A DNA stretch of 64,000 nt from Collinsella sp. UBA6357 (GTDB lineage: Bacteria > Actinomycetota > Coriobacteriia > Coriobacteriales > Coriobacteriaceae): assembly GCA_002437815.1 (NCBI GenBank), contig DJRP01000028.1, forward strand, positions 41,471 to 105,470, in the 5' to 3' direction. Of the stretch, positions 23,662 to 32,891 are shown piece by piece (the first letter of the stretch is position 1; each line of letters opens with the position of its first letter). Both the position numbers and the translations under genes were made by a program. Under the pieces are notes generated by a model. The model was not told the origin of the DNA and ran no database searches. It worked only from the letters and a program-made list of their open reading frames with translations.

Positions 23662-25566
23662 ATGGAACAGATCATCTTGAACATACTCGAGGCTCTTCGT
23701 CGCGGCGAGACCGTGGACGACAAGGCCCTCGTCAAATTGATACATGCCGAGGCCCGCCGTGAGGGTGCTGACAAACGCGACTTGGCCAAACGACGGCTGC
23801 TGCCGTACTACCAGCGCGTCAAGCGTGACGAGCCGGAGCGCTGGGCCGCATGGGACGTGACACCCGAGCTTGAGCGCCGCTTACTCGAGACGCTCCGCAT
23901 GAAGCCGCGCCGCACGGCCTCGGGTGTGGCAACCATCACGGTTATCACCAAACCCTGGCCGTGCTCGGGCGACTGCCTCTTTTGCCCCAACGATCTCCGC
24001 ATGCCCAAGAGCTATCTTCATGCGGAGCCGGCGTGTGCCCGCGCGGAGCAGAACTGCTTCGATCCCTATCTCCAGGTGAGTGCACGCCTCACTGCGCTCA
24101 CGCAGATGGGGCACGCGACCGACAAGATCGAGCTCATCGTGCTCGGTGGCACTTGGAGCGACTATCCGCAGGAGTACCAGATTTGGTTTATCTCGGAGCT
24201 TTTTCGTGCGCTCAACGATGATGCCGTGGCGGGCATCGCTGCGAATCCCATGCTCGCGCGTCCCGGTATGAGTCGCGCCGAGGCGGGACGTCTACTCGAC
24301 GATGCGCCTGCGGACGCACTGCCGCCGGTGGTTGCCGAACGTCGTCAGCGCTATCGAGATGCCGGTATCGTTACGGATGAGGCTACGCTCGCGGCGGGCG
24401 TTGCCGTCGATCAAGCTAAGGTTGACGAGCGGGAGGGCGGCTACAACCGCGCCGTCCGTCGACTCTATGGCCCCGGCACGTCGTGGGGCGATGTCGCAAG
24501 CTGGCAGGTAGCGACGTCCGAAGAACTGGAGCGCCAGCAGCGCGCCAACGAGACGGCGCGCCATCGCGTGGTGGGGCTCGTGATCGAGACACGTCCCGAC
24601 GCCGTGACGTCGGAGTCCCTCACGCTCATCCGTCGCCTCGGTTGCACCAAGATCCAGATGGGCGTGCAGAGCCTCGATCAGCACCTGCTCGACATCAACG
24701 GTCGTCGCATCACGACGGCTCAGATCGAGCGGGCCTTCTCGCTCGCCCGTATCTTCGGTTTTAAGATCCACGCGCACTTTATGCTCAACCTGCTGGGGAG
24801 TACGCCCATGGGTGACAAACTCGACTACAACCGTTTTGTGACGGATGGGGCTTTTAGTCCCGACGAGGTCAAGCTCTATCCGTGTGCTCTTATCGAGGGC
24901 GCGCGTCTTGTAGGTTGCTATAAGCGCGGTGAATGGCGGCCTTATACCGAGGAAGAACTCCTCGACGTACTTGCGGACGATATCGTGGCGACGCCGGCGT
25001 TCTGCCGCATCAGCCGTATGATCCGTGATTTCAGCTCCGATGACATCATGGTCGGCAACAAAAAACCCAACTTACGCCAGCTTGTCGAGAATCGCTTGGC
25101 TGCGCATGGAAAAGGCGCTCGTGTGCACGAGATCCGTTTTCGCGAGATCGGTACGGGCCATGCAGATCTTACGACGCTTTCGCTCGAGGTCGTGTCGTAC
25201 GAGACACCGGTGACAAGCGAACGGTTTCTGCAATGGGTGACGCCAGAGGGCAAGATCGCCGGCTTTTTACGCCTGTCGCTCCCGAGTCAAACGTTTGTTT
25301 CCGAGCATGCAGATGAGCTCCCTGTTGCGTCCGGCGAGGCTATGATCCGCGAGGTACATGTGTATGGCATGGCGGCGCGTGTGGGCAAAGCCGGTCAGGC
25401 GGCGCAACATCACGGTCTGGGGCGCATGCTGGTCGAGCGGGCTTGCGGTGTCGCAAAGACGTCGGGCTATGCGCGCATCAACGTGATCAGTGCCATCGGC
25501 ACGCGTGAATACTATCGACATCTGGGGTTTGAGGACCACGGTCTCTATCAGCAAAAGGAGCTCTGA
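23662..25566 (+). CDS. elp3: Bacterial Elp3 homologue (radical SAM plus GNAT tRNA U34 carboxymethylation-type enzyme)
   Basis: RTASGVATITVITKPWPCSGDCLFCPNDLRMPKSYL supplies the CxxxxCxxC radical SAM cluster region. GVQSLD is present, and the C-terminal GNAT reads REVHVYG..GQAAQHHGLGRMLVERA. ATG 23662 is preferred. Confidence 0.85.
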   Translation: MEQIILNILEALRRGETVDDKALVKLIHAEARREGADKRDLAKRRLLPYYQRVKRDEPERWAAWDVTPELERRLLETLRMKPRRTASGVATITVITKPWPCSGDCLFCPNDLRMPKSYLHAEPACARAEQNCFDPYLQVSARLTALTQMGHATDKIELIVLGGTWSDYPQEYQIWFISELFRALNDDAVAGIAANPMLARPGMSRAEAGRLLDDAPADALPPVVAERRQRYRDAGIVTDEATLAAGVAVDQAKVDEREGGYNRAVRRLYGPGTSWGDVASWQVATSEELERQQRANETARHRVVGLVIETRPDAVTSESLTLIRRLGCTKIQMGVQSLDQHLLDINGRRITTAQIERAFSLARIFGFKIHAHFMLNLLGSTPMGDKLDYNRFVTDGAFSPDEVKLYPCALIEGARLVGCYKRGEWRPYTEEELLDVLADDIVATPAFCRISRMIRDFSSDDIMVGNKKPNLRQLVENRLAAHGKGARVHEIRFREIGTGHADLTTLSLEVVSYETPVTSERFLQWVTPEGKIAGFLRLSLPSQTFVSEHADELPVASGEAMIREVHVYGMAARVGKAGQAAQHHGLGRMLVERACGVAKTSGYARINVISAIGTREYYRHLGFEDHGLYQQKEL

Positions 25567-25571
25567 GCGCG

Positions 25572-26462
25572 ATGAAGAAGCTCAATGTTTCCGTGGCTGC
25601 TGCCGCAGGAGTTGCACTTGGCGCGGCGGCTTTGGGTGCGGCTGCCGTCGCGGTCCGGAGCGTCGTGTTGCAGGTGGCGCGCACGAGAACGGGCGTCGCA
25701 CGCGTCAAGACGATACGCGACGCACAGGGCGCCGAGGTGCGCGTGCTGGTGCAAGGCGGTGTCTACCAGAGCGCGACCTATGTGGGGGAGTGCTGGGCGG
25801 ATCCGGTATTTGCATACTACCGCGCTTTCGATGATGTCTTCGAGGCTGAGGGCGCCATGCGAAAGTCGTTCGGTCACGGCATCGACCGCGTGCTTATGCT
25901 GGGCGGTGGCGGCTTTGCCTACCCCAAGTTTGCGCTCACGCAGCACGATAAGCTCGAGATGGATGTCGTCGAATATGATGCCGAGATCACGCGTCTGGCA
26001 CGCCGGTGGTTCTTTTTGGACGAGCTGGAGCGCCGGATGGGCGTGCGTCTGCGGGTCATTACGGCAGAGGCGCGCTCCTATCTGGGCGTGACGGCCGTGG
26101 GACATCGCCGCTATGACGTGGTGGCAAGCGATTGCTTTGGCGGGGCGGAGCCCGTGCGCGAGCTTGCGACCGTCGAGGCGCTACGGCTCATCAAGAAGAC
26201 CCTCACGCCGGGCGGTATCTATGCGGCCAACATCGTGTCGCGCGACGGCGGTGCTGATGTCGCATTTCTGCGCGACTGCACGGCGACGGCGCTTAAGGTG
26301 TTTGAGCGTGCCTGGGTGGTGCCCTGTTCGGATGAGGATTTTGGCGGCGAGGAGAACTATCTTCTGTTTGCCTCCGATGGTGATTATGCCTTTGGGGAGG
26401 CCGTGCCCTTTGATGACGATTTCTTAGGTGAGGTGCTTCGCGACCCCGAGTCCTCGCTGTAG
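25572..26462 (+). CDS. Spermidine synthase-like class I methyltransferase-fold protein with an N-terminal membrane anchor
   Basis: MKKLNVSVAAAAGVALGAAALGAAAV is the anchor. VLMLGGGGFAYP and DVVEYDAEI are spermidine-synthase-like motifs. Confidence 0.6.
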   Translation: MKKLNVSVAAAAGVALGAAALGAAAVAVRSVVLQVARTRTGVARVKTIRDAQGAEVRVLVQGGVYQSATYVGECWADPVFAYYRAFDDVFEAEGAMRKSFGHGIDRVLMLGGGGFAYPKFALTQHDKLEMDVVEYDAEITRLARRWFFLDELERRMGVRLRVITAEARSYLGVTAVGHRRYDVVASDCFGGAEPVRELATVEALRLIKKTLTPGGIYAANIVSRDGGADVAFLRDCTATALKVFERAWVVPCSDEDFGGEENYLLFASDGDYAFGEAVPFDDDFLGEVLRDPESSL

Positions 26463-26483
26463 CGGTCGTTGCCAGCCTATTGA

Positions 26484-26519
26484 AATGGCGCAAACAGGGT
26501 CGGACTTGTTTGCGCCATT
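26484..26519. terminator. Bidirectional hairpin terminator between the convergent spermidine-synthase-like gene and the helicase gene
   Basis: A perfect 13-bp stem AATGGCGCAAACA (26484-96) / TGTTTGCGCCATT (26507-19). Confidence 0.7.
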
Positions 26520-26530
26520 GCTCTCTAGAG

Positions 26531-28963
26531 CTAGATGCGCCCGTGGGTATAGTCGTCCCGCCAGCCGATCACGCGTCGCCGCATCCCCTCGATATCGAGC
26601 ACGCCCTCGGCAAAGCCCTTGCGTACGAGCTCCTCGGGAACGAACTCGTCATAACGGTCGAAATAGGGAACTTCTCCCGGGTAGACGAGCTCGATGGGGT
26701 CGAATTCTTTCTCCGCCTCATCGGCAAGGACTTCGTAGAACGTCTCCTCGTCCGCTCGCATCTTGAACTGCATAAAGTACGGACGCGATGGATCGAGACC
26801 CTTGAGGCCGAGCTCGCCGGCGCACTTTATTTTGAGCATACGCTCAAGTGCTAGGAAGGCATAGCTTCCGAGCCAGGGAAAGAGCGCCCAGGTGTCGCCG
26901 CCCAGATTGATGAGCGGCTTTTTTCCTGCACCCGAGAGCTCAGCGGTATGACGTGCCTGCATGAGTCGCGCGCGGGCGTTACTCATGAGATAGGGGTAGG
27001 CATCGTGCTCGTTGAGGACACGCCGCATGCGCTCGAGCACATGGGTGTTGATATCGCCCGGGCAATCGCCAAAGTAGGCGGGTACGCGACCTTTGACTTG
27101 CGTGGCAAAGACCGTATGACGTTTCCAATCGACCTCCTCGACGATCCAGCAGTGGCCGGCGATGGCGATGCGCTCGCCGGGTGGTGGCGGATTCACGATC
27201 GTGCCGAGCTCGGCCGATTCGCTCCGCACCGTGAACTCCTCGTTTTCTTGGAACACGGCGTAGAACTTATAGCTGTTCGTGAGACGCTCGCCCGCGAGTC
27301 CCACGATGAGCCCGCCGCCTTCCGTTACCTGGATATGGTCGATCTCGATGAGATGGCGCAGCAGGATCCGGTAGTCATCGGCCGAGATGCGATGGAAGTA
27401 GCTGAGCGTGAGTACGCGTTGGGCGAGCTCTGCGGGGGTGAGTTCGCCGCAGCTCGCGAGCGTAGTCATGGTCTGGTGATAAAGCAGGCTGTAGGGGAGC
27501 CGGTCGAGATCAGGCGGCTCGACCCATTTCTCCTCGCGGTAGAGCTGGACGAGTGCGATTCCCTGAAGGAGTTTCCAGGGGATGGTTTCGGGCATCATGG
27601 TGCGGGGCTCGGGCTCCTCCTCGCGCATGACAAACCACATCTCGGGCGGCAGGTCGCGTCGGCCCGTGCGGCCCATGCGTTGCAAAAAGGAGCTCACCGT
27701 GAACGGCGCATCGATCTGGAAGGCGCGTTCGAGGCGACCGATGTCGATGCCGAGCTCGAGCGTGGAGGTGGTGACCGTCGTCTGGGCCTGCTCCTCGTCG
27801 CGCATGAGATCTTCGGCGGTCTCGCGGATTGAGGCGGAGAGGTTGCCGTGGTGGATAAGGAACCGATCGGGTTCGTGACGGCTCTCGCAATAGCTTCTGA
27901 GCATGGAGCAGACAGCCTCGGCCTCCTCGCGTGAGTTGGCAAAGACGAGGCATTTGCGGCCGCGCGTGTGCTCGAAGACGTAGCCGATACCGGGATCGGC
28001 GTTGTCGGGCGCGGTATCGGTTGGGTTGAGCAGCGTCTGCTCGGTTGCGCGGGGAATATCGACCTCGCCTTCGGGGGCAGAGGACCAACGATGGGCGTTG
28101 TCGGAGGAAGAGGGTGCGCCGTGGGCGGTCTCGCGTTCGTCGTCCGGGGCCGGTGCCCGCCCCGGCAACGCTGCGGGGTGGGCACTCTCGATGCGCTCGC
28201 AGGCGATGACCTCGGCCTCCTGCGGGCCTGTTGCCTCGAACCCGCGCTGTCGTGCCTGGGGACCGGAGTTATAGAAGTGCTCCATCGAGATGCGCCATAC
28301 GCGACGCGGCTCCTCGAAACGGGGGATGATGCAACCGCGTCCCGTCCCCTGCGAAAGGAAGTCCCCCGTGCGTTCCGGGTCGCCGATGGTTGCCGAAAGA
28401 CCGATACGGCGGGGCCGGACACCGGCCATGCGGGCGAGCCGCTCGATAAGGCAGAGCGTCTGGCCACCACGGTCGCCGCGCATGAGCGAATGGACCTCGT
28501 CGATCACGACATAGCGTAGATCGCAGAACATGCGGGGGATCGCCATATGCTTGTGGAGCAGGAGCGCCTCGAGGGATTCGGGCGTTATCTGGAGGATGCC
28601 GCTCGGATGCTTGATGAGCTTGGCCTTGTGCGATTGCGAGACATCGCCGTGCCAGTGCCAAATGGGGATGTCGGCCTCGGCGCACAGGTCGTTCAGACGC
28701 ACAAACTGATCATTGATGAGCGCCTTGAGGGGACCGATATAGAGTGCGCCCACGCTTATGGGCGGGTTTTCCCAAAACTCGGTCAGGATGGGAAAGAACG
28801 CGGCCTCGGTCTTGCCTGAGGCCGTCGAAGCCGTGAGCAAGACGTTTTCCTGCGTGTTGAATATGGCGTCTGCGGCGGCGACCTGGATGGATCTGAGATG
28901 TTCCCAGTCGTGCGCGTAGATAAAATCCTGGATAAACGGGGCATACCGATGAAAGGCGTTCAT
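26531..28963 (-). CDS. sngC: Lhr-like DEAD/DEAH helicase, third gene of the TerB-ATPase-helicase operon (SngC-like)
   Basis: 810 aa. Motif I is TASTASGKTEAAF, motif II is VVIDEVHSL, and GLSATIG and RMGRTGRR are present. A ~90-aa low-complexity insert (PAPDDERETAHGAPSSSDNAH...) lies between the two RecA lobes. Confidence 0.7.
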   Translation of the reverse strand: MNAFHRYAPFIQDFIYAHDWEHLRSIQVAAADAIFNTQENVLLTASTASGKTEAAFFPILTEFWENPPISVGALYIGPLKALINDQFVRLNDLCAEADIPIWHWHGDVSQSHKAKLIKHPSGILQITPESLEALLLHKHMAIPRMFCDLRYVVIDEVHSLMRGDRGGQTLCLIERLARMAGVRPRRIGLSATIGDPERTGDFLSQGTGRGCIIPRFEEPRRVWRISMEHFYNSGPQARQRGFEATGPQEAEVIACERIESAHPAALPGRAPAPDDERETAHGAPSSSDNAHRWSSAPEGEVDIPRATEQTLLNPTDTAPDNADPGIGYVFEHTRGRKCLVFANSREEAEAVCSMLRSYCESRHEPDRFLIHHGNLSASIRETAEDLMRDEEQAQTTVTTSTLELGIDIGRLERAFQIDAPFTVSSFLQRMGRTGRRDLPPEMWFVMREEEPEPRTMMPETIPWKLLQGIALVQLYREEKWVEPPDLDRLPYSLLYHQTMTTLASCGELTPAELAQRVLTLSYFHRISADDYRILLRHLIEIDHIQVTEGGGLIVGLAGERLTNSYKFYAVFQENEEFTVRSESAELGTIVNPPPPGERIAIAGHCWIVEEVDWKRHTVFATQVKGRVPAYFGDCPGDINTHVLERMRRVLNEHDAYPYLMSNARARLMQARHTAELSGAGKKPLINLGGDTWALFPWLGSYAFLALERMLKIKCAGELGLKGLDPSRPYFMQFKMRADEETFYEVLADEAEKEFDPIELVYPGEVPYFDRYDEFVPEELVRKGFAEGVLDIEGMRRRVIGWRDDYTHGRI

Positions 28964-29005
28964 ACGTTTTTGCTCTCTGCCTCCTACGCGGCAAACCGGC
29001 TGGGG

Positions 29006-30313
29006 CTAGATGGTGAACTCGGCGAAGTTGCGCTGACCGGGATCGTTGGAAACGGCAGGGCTCGTGGACGAATCGGTTGAGCTGTCGCCCCCCACGCTCT
29101 TGAGCAGCCCGGCTACGTCTGCATCGGGGTTTTGACACAGGATGTCCAACAGCTCGATGAAGTCACGGATGACCTCGCGCGGCGTGAGATGCGTATCGGC
29201 GCCCACGCGGCCGAACTCGATCTTGAGAAAATCTACGAGGTCGCTCTCGGTAAGGGTGGGATTCCAGCCAAAATAGCCGGCGTGGATCTGCATGAGTTTC
29301 TCGATGAGGACGAGTAGCTCTTCGTAGGTGAGCGGTTGCAGACGGATGATGGGCGCGAGCATGTCCTTGAGGTCCTCTCGGGCGAAACGGCCCTGCGTGA
29401 GACGGCTGCGGAGCGCTTCATAGGAGAAAACGCCGCGCCGCCGGTCCTCGATCGAGGTGGGTGTGCCACCCATGATCAACCCCAAGTACTGAGCCTTACC
29501 CTGTAACGTGTCGTTGTACATCGTGAGGATCTTCTCGTAGTTGTACTGACGCGTGATGGCGTTGGGGATCTTGTAAAGGTTCACGAGTTCATCGATGAGC
29601 ACGATCAAGCCTTTGTAGCCGCTGCAGACCAAGAAGCGCGCGAGCAGCTTGATGTAGTCATACCAATCGTCATCGCCGATGACGGTCGAGCTGCCGAGCT
29701 CTGCGCGGGCCTCGCTCTTGGTGCGGTACTCGCCGCGGAGCCACTTGGTCACACGGCTCATGGTTTCCTCGTCCCCCTCCGTGACGGCGGTGCGGTAACG
29801 ACGGAGCATGCGTGAGAAGTCGAACCCGTGCACCATCTCCTCAAGGGGTGCGAGTTGGGTGTTGATGGCCGCGTCGTCGGCTTCGGAGACGCTTGCGACC
29901 CAACGGTCCAAGATCAGGTTAAGCGCGCCGCCCTCGGGACGTGTCTTGGTCGAGACGTTGCGAATGAGTTCGCGATACGTTGCAAGGCCTTGGCCCTGGC
30001 CGCCCTGGAGGCGCCGCTCAGGCGAAAGGTCGGCATCGGCCACGACAAAGCCCTCTCCCATGGCGTGAGTACGGATGGTCTGGAGCAGAAAACTCTTGCC
30101 GGCGCCGTAGCGGCCCACGAGAAAGCGGAAACTCGCACCGCCATTCGCGATCAGGTCAAGGTCGGTGAGCAGCGCGCGGATCTCGACCTCGCGTCCCACG
30201 GTGATATAGGGTAGACCGATGCGCGGGACCACGCCGCCCTTAAGCGAGTTGATGATCACGGCGGCGACGCGCTTGGGCACACGGGGCGCCGTGGTTGCAA
30301 AAGTGTCATTCAT
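29006..30313 (-). CDS. sngB: BrxD/DUF2791-like P-loop ATPase (SngB-like)
   Basis: 435 aa. The N-terminus INSLKGGVVPRIGLPYITVGREVEI plus Walker A VGRYGAGKSFLL and Walker B LIVLIDEL fit the DUF2791 pattern. Its start overlaps the upstream gene's stop by 8 nt. Confidence 0.7.
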   Translation of the reverse strand: MNDTFATTAPRVPKRVAAVIINSLKGGVVPRIGLPYITVGREVEIRALLTDLDLIANGGASFRFLVGRYGAGKSFLLQTIRTHAMGEGFVVADADLSPERRLQGGQGQGLATYRELIRNVSTKTRPEGGALNLILDRWVASVSEADDAAINTQLAPLEEMVHGFDFSRMLRRYRTAVTEGDEETMSRVTKWLRGEYRTKSEARAELGSSTVIGDDDWYDYIKLLARFLVCSGYKGLIVLIDELVNLYKIPNAITRQYNYEKILTMYNDTLQGKAQYLGLIMGGTPTSIEDRRRGVFSYEALRSRLTQGRFAREDLKDMLAPIIRLQPLTYEELLVLIEKLMQIHAGYFGWNPTLTESDLVDFLKIEFGRVGADTHLTPREVIRDFIELLDILCQNPDADVAGLLKSVGGDSSTDSSTSPAVSNDPGQRNFAEFTI

Positions 30314-31982
30314 GTTCGATATATCCTCTCACGTCGCACTCGTAGTCTTCGATGAGCTGAGGCCCATGCTCTCCGAATTCGATCACGGTATCTCCGATCA
30401 GATCGAAAAGGGTTTCGTTGATGGCATCAACTATCATGTCCTCGGAGACGCTTGCCTGTTCGAGTCTCGCTTGCGCCGCCTGGCGGTCATGCTCCAGCAG
30501 TGCGGAAAGATAAGCTCGCTGGATGGTCTCGAGATCGCCCGGCCCGGTGGCAGAAAGGGCGCTTGGGGCAGGTGTCGCTTTGGATTCGGTTTCTTGCGCG
30601 ACCTCGGGCACGGCATCTTCTGCGAGTTTGGGAACGCGGTCCACGCCGTCGTTCTCGCGTTCCTCGTCGACCAGGAGCGCCTCGCACGTTTCGGCAGCAG
30701 CGCTCCTGATGTGCCCGAGCTTGCTGAGGTCGATGTCGATCTCGACCGGTTTGTGCGCATCGCTCCAAGCCAACCAGCTGTTGATCTCATCGTCGATGAA
30801 CTTTGCCAGGTACTTGGGAACGCTCTCCTCCTTAAGCGGGTGGGCAGGGTCGAGTCTGAGCCTCAGACGTTGATCGCAAGCTCGCATGATCGCGCCGAGC
30901 TTGCCGTTTTTTTGGCGGCTGCCGTGGATACGGGTGCACTCCCAAAATCCGTTCTGGCACCGGTAGACATGAATGGGGTCGAGCTTATAGACGCAGTCCT
31001 CATGACGCTCGGGAGAGAAGAACACGGCGGAGCCGAACATCGTGTACGGCATGGATGTTTCCTCCCCAAACAGACTGGCGATGATGCCGCTTTTGCGATG
31101 CGTGTCATAGTAACGCGCCGTGCGGACATAGACCGCGCAGACGATGTGGCGCAGGTCGCGATGATGCTCTCGATTGAGCCGTGAACCCGAGAGGTTGTAG
31201 CTCGAAAGGGCGTCGATGGCGTCTAAGAGGCGCTCCTCGCGAACGTCGTCGGGCGGTAGGGGCAACGTCGGCGTACTGTCTTTGCGGCGCTTGGATTGGG
31301 GCGTATCGACAAGCTCGGGCGCCTTGGAGGGGACGGTATCCCGCGCGGCTCGGCGGAGCTCCACAAGGGCGCGATCGAAGGAAACGGTCTTGGAATTTTT
31401 GAGCAGTTTGGGATCAAGCCCGTGGTACACGACGTAGTCTTGCAGCCAAATGCGGGCAAAGCGATCGATGCCGGGCTCGTACGTACGGTATTTCTGCCAA
31501 AAATCCCGTATCTTGGCAAAACCGTCCATAGAGTCGTGGACGCCTATCCCGCACAGAAGTTCATACAGGTAGACAAAAGCGAAAGAGGTCGAGGTCTCCT
31601 CGATCACGCCGCTGCGCACGCGGGCGCGCCACGTGAAGTAGCCGCGCAGCTGCCGGTCGCTCATGGCGTTGTAGGTGGGAAAGTGCGATTTGAACGTTCC
31701 GTTATAGGGACAGTCGTCTTCGAAATCGGCCATCATCAGGCCCTGACGGTAGAAGAGCTCGGCCTCCGATAACCATCGGCCGGCACCGCCTTTGGGATCC
31801 TCTTGCCAGCGCGATATGGCGCGCATCTTGCGATAGCGGTCGGGCAGGAAATTGGTCATCTGTCGACCGGTTTTGATGATGGGTTCATCACGATAGACCT
31901 CATCGCTGAACTGCGAATGAGGGCGCTTGCGCGCCTCTTCCATGATGCGTGAGATCAGTTCTTTGACATCGCGGTCCGCCAT
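30306..31982 (-). CDS. sngA: TerB-N / TerB-C domain protein (SngA-like)
   Basis: The region YRKMRAI...AELFYRQGLMMADFEDDCPY...PTYNAMSDRQLRGYFTWRARVRSG...FAFVYLYELL is typical of TerB N-terminal domain proteins. The C-terminal acidic part is TerB-C-like. A GGGAGG RBS lies 4 nt before ATG 31982, whereas the track start at 32018 lies upstream of the candidate -10. Confidence 0.65.
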   Translation of the reverse strand: MADRDVKELISRIMEEARKRPHSQFSDEVYRDEPIIKTGRQMTNFLPDRYRKMRAISRWQEDPKGGAGRWLSEAELFYRQGLMMADFEDDCPYNGTFKSHFPTYNAMSDRQLRGYFTWRARVRSGVIEETSTSFAFVYLYELLCGIGVHDSMDGFAKIRDFWQKYRTYEPGIDRFARIWLQDYVVYHGLDPKLLKNSKTVSFDRALVELRRAARDTVPSKAPELVDTPQSKRRKDSTPTLPLPPDDVREERLLDAIDALSSYNLSGSRLNREHHRDLRHIVCAVYVRTARYYDTHRKSGIIASLFGEETSMPYTMFGSAVFFSPERHEDCVYKLDPIHVYRCQNGFWECTRIHGSRQKNGKLGAIMRACDQRLRLRLDPAHPLKEESVPKYLAKFIDDEINSWLAWSDAHKPVEIDIDLSKLGHIRSAAAETCEALLVDEERENDGVDRVPKLAEDAVPEVAQETESKATPAPSALSATGPGDLETIQRAYLSALLEHDRQAAQARLEQASVSEDMIVDAINETLFDLIGDTVIEFGEHGPQLIEDYECDVRGYIEHE

Positions 31983-32020
31983 CGCACCTCCCTTTAGGCT
32001 CATCGTGGTCGTGACCATTT

Positions 32021-32029
32021 ATCATAGCA
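32021..32029 (-). promoter_or_regulatory. Candidate extended -10 (TGcTATGAT) for the TerB-ATPase-helicase operon
   Basis: The minus strand reads TGCTATGAT (plus coordinates 32021-32029), about 35 nt upstream of ATG 31982. There is no convincing -35. Confidence 0.3.
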
Positions 32030-32092
32030 TATGGCACAAACAGATGTTCGGCTTACAGGGTGTTGAGGATAGTTTGAAAAAAGCGAGGGAAC

Positions 32093-32809
32093 CTAGAAGA
32101 TCAGGGCATAGACTACCGCGACAACGACGGCGGGCAGCATGTTGGCGGTGCGAAACGTGTTCGGGCGGATGAGATTGACCCCGACGCAGAAGATGAGCAT
32201 CGATCCCACAAGCGAGAGGTCGGCAAGCGCCGCTTTGGTCATAAGGGGCGCGAGCGCCCCGGCAAACAGCGTGATCGAGCCCTGAAAGATCGCGACGGGT
32301 AGCGCCGAGAAGATACAACCGCGACCAAGCGAGGCCGTCATGGTGCATACGATGATGCAGTCGAGTGCGCCTTTGAGCGCAAGCGTCGACCAGTCGCCGA
32401 GCAGACCGTCTTGAATCGAGCCCACGATGGCCATGGCACCGATGCATACGGTGAGCGAGGCCGAGACGAAGGCATTGGTGAATCCGACATCGTCCGAGCT
32501 CCCCGTCCTGCGTTTGAGCCATTCGCCCAGTCGCTCGATTGCCGATTCGATATCCAAAAACTCGCCGATAAGCGACCCCAAGGCAAACGAGACGATGAGC
32601 ATGGTGGTCCCCGTCGCGGACAACTTACCCGCTTGGATGACGAGCATCTGTTCCATCGTTCCTGCGAGCCCTATGAAAAGCACGCAGAGTCCGGACGCCT
32701 TCATGAGGGTGTCCTGGATGCGCGGGGTGATGAAGCGCCCGCCGGCAAGCCCCAGAAGGCCGCCGGCGACCAAAAGACCAACATTGATAAGCGTTCCCAG
32801 ACCGGGCAT
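32093..32809 (-). CDS. DUF554 (YdfK/YqgA-like) membrane protein
   Basis: MPGLGTLINVGLLVAGGLLG... The protein is polytopic and 238 aa from ATG 32809, with a GGAG RBS. Confidence 0.75.
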   Translation of the reverse strand: MPGLGTLINVGLLVAGGLLGLAGGRFITPRIQDTLMKASGLCVLFIGLAGTMEQMLVIQAGKLSATGTTMLIVSFALGSLIGEFLDIESAIERLGEWLKRRTGSSDDVGFTNAFVSASLTVCIGAMAIVGSIQDGLLGDWSTLALKGALDCIIVCTMTASLGRGCIFSALPVAIFQGSITLFAGALAPLMTKAALADLSLVGSMLIFCVGVNLIRPNTFRTANMLPAVVVAVVYALIF

Positions 32810-32891
32810 ATTCGTCTCCGACCGTCGTGCGTATTGAACATAGATGTCGCACACGATGGTATCGGTCGCGTTGGACGCCGTCCAGCGATCG

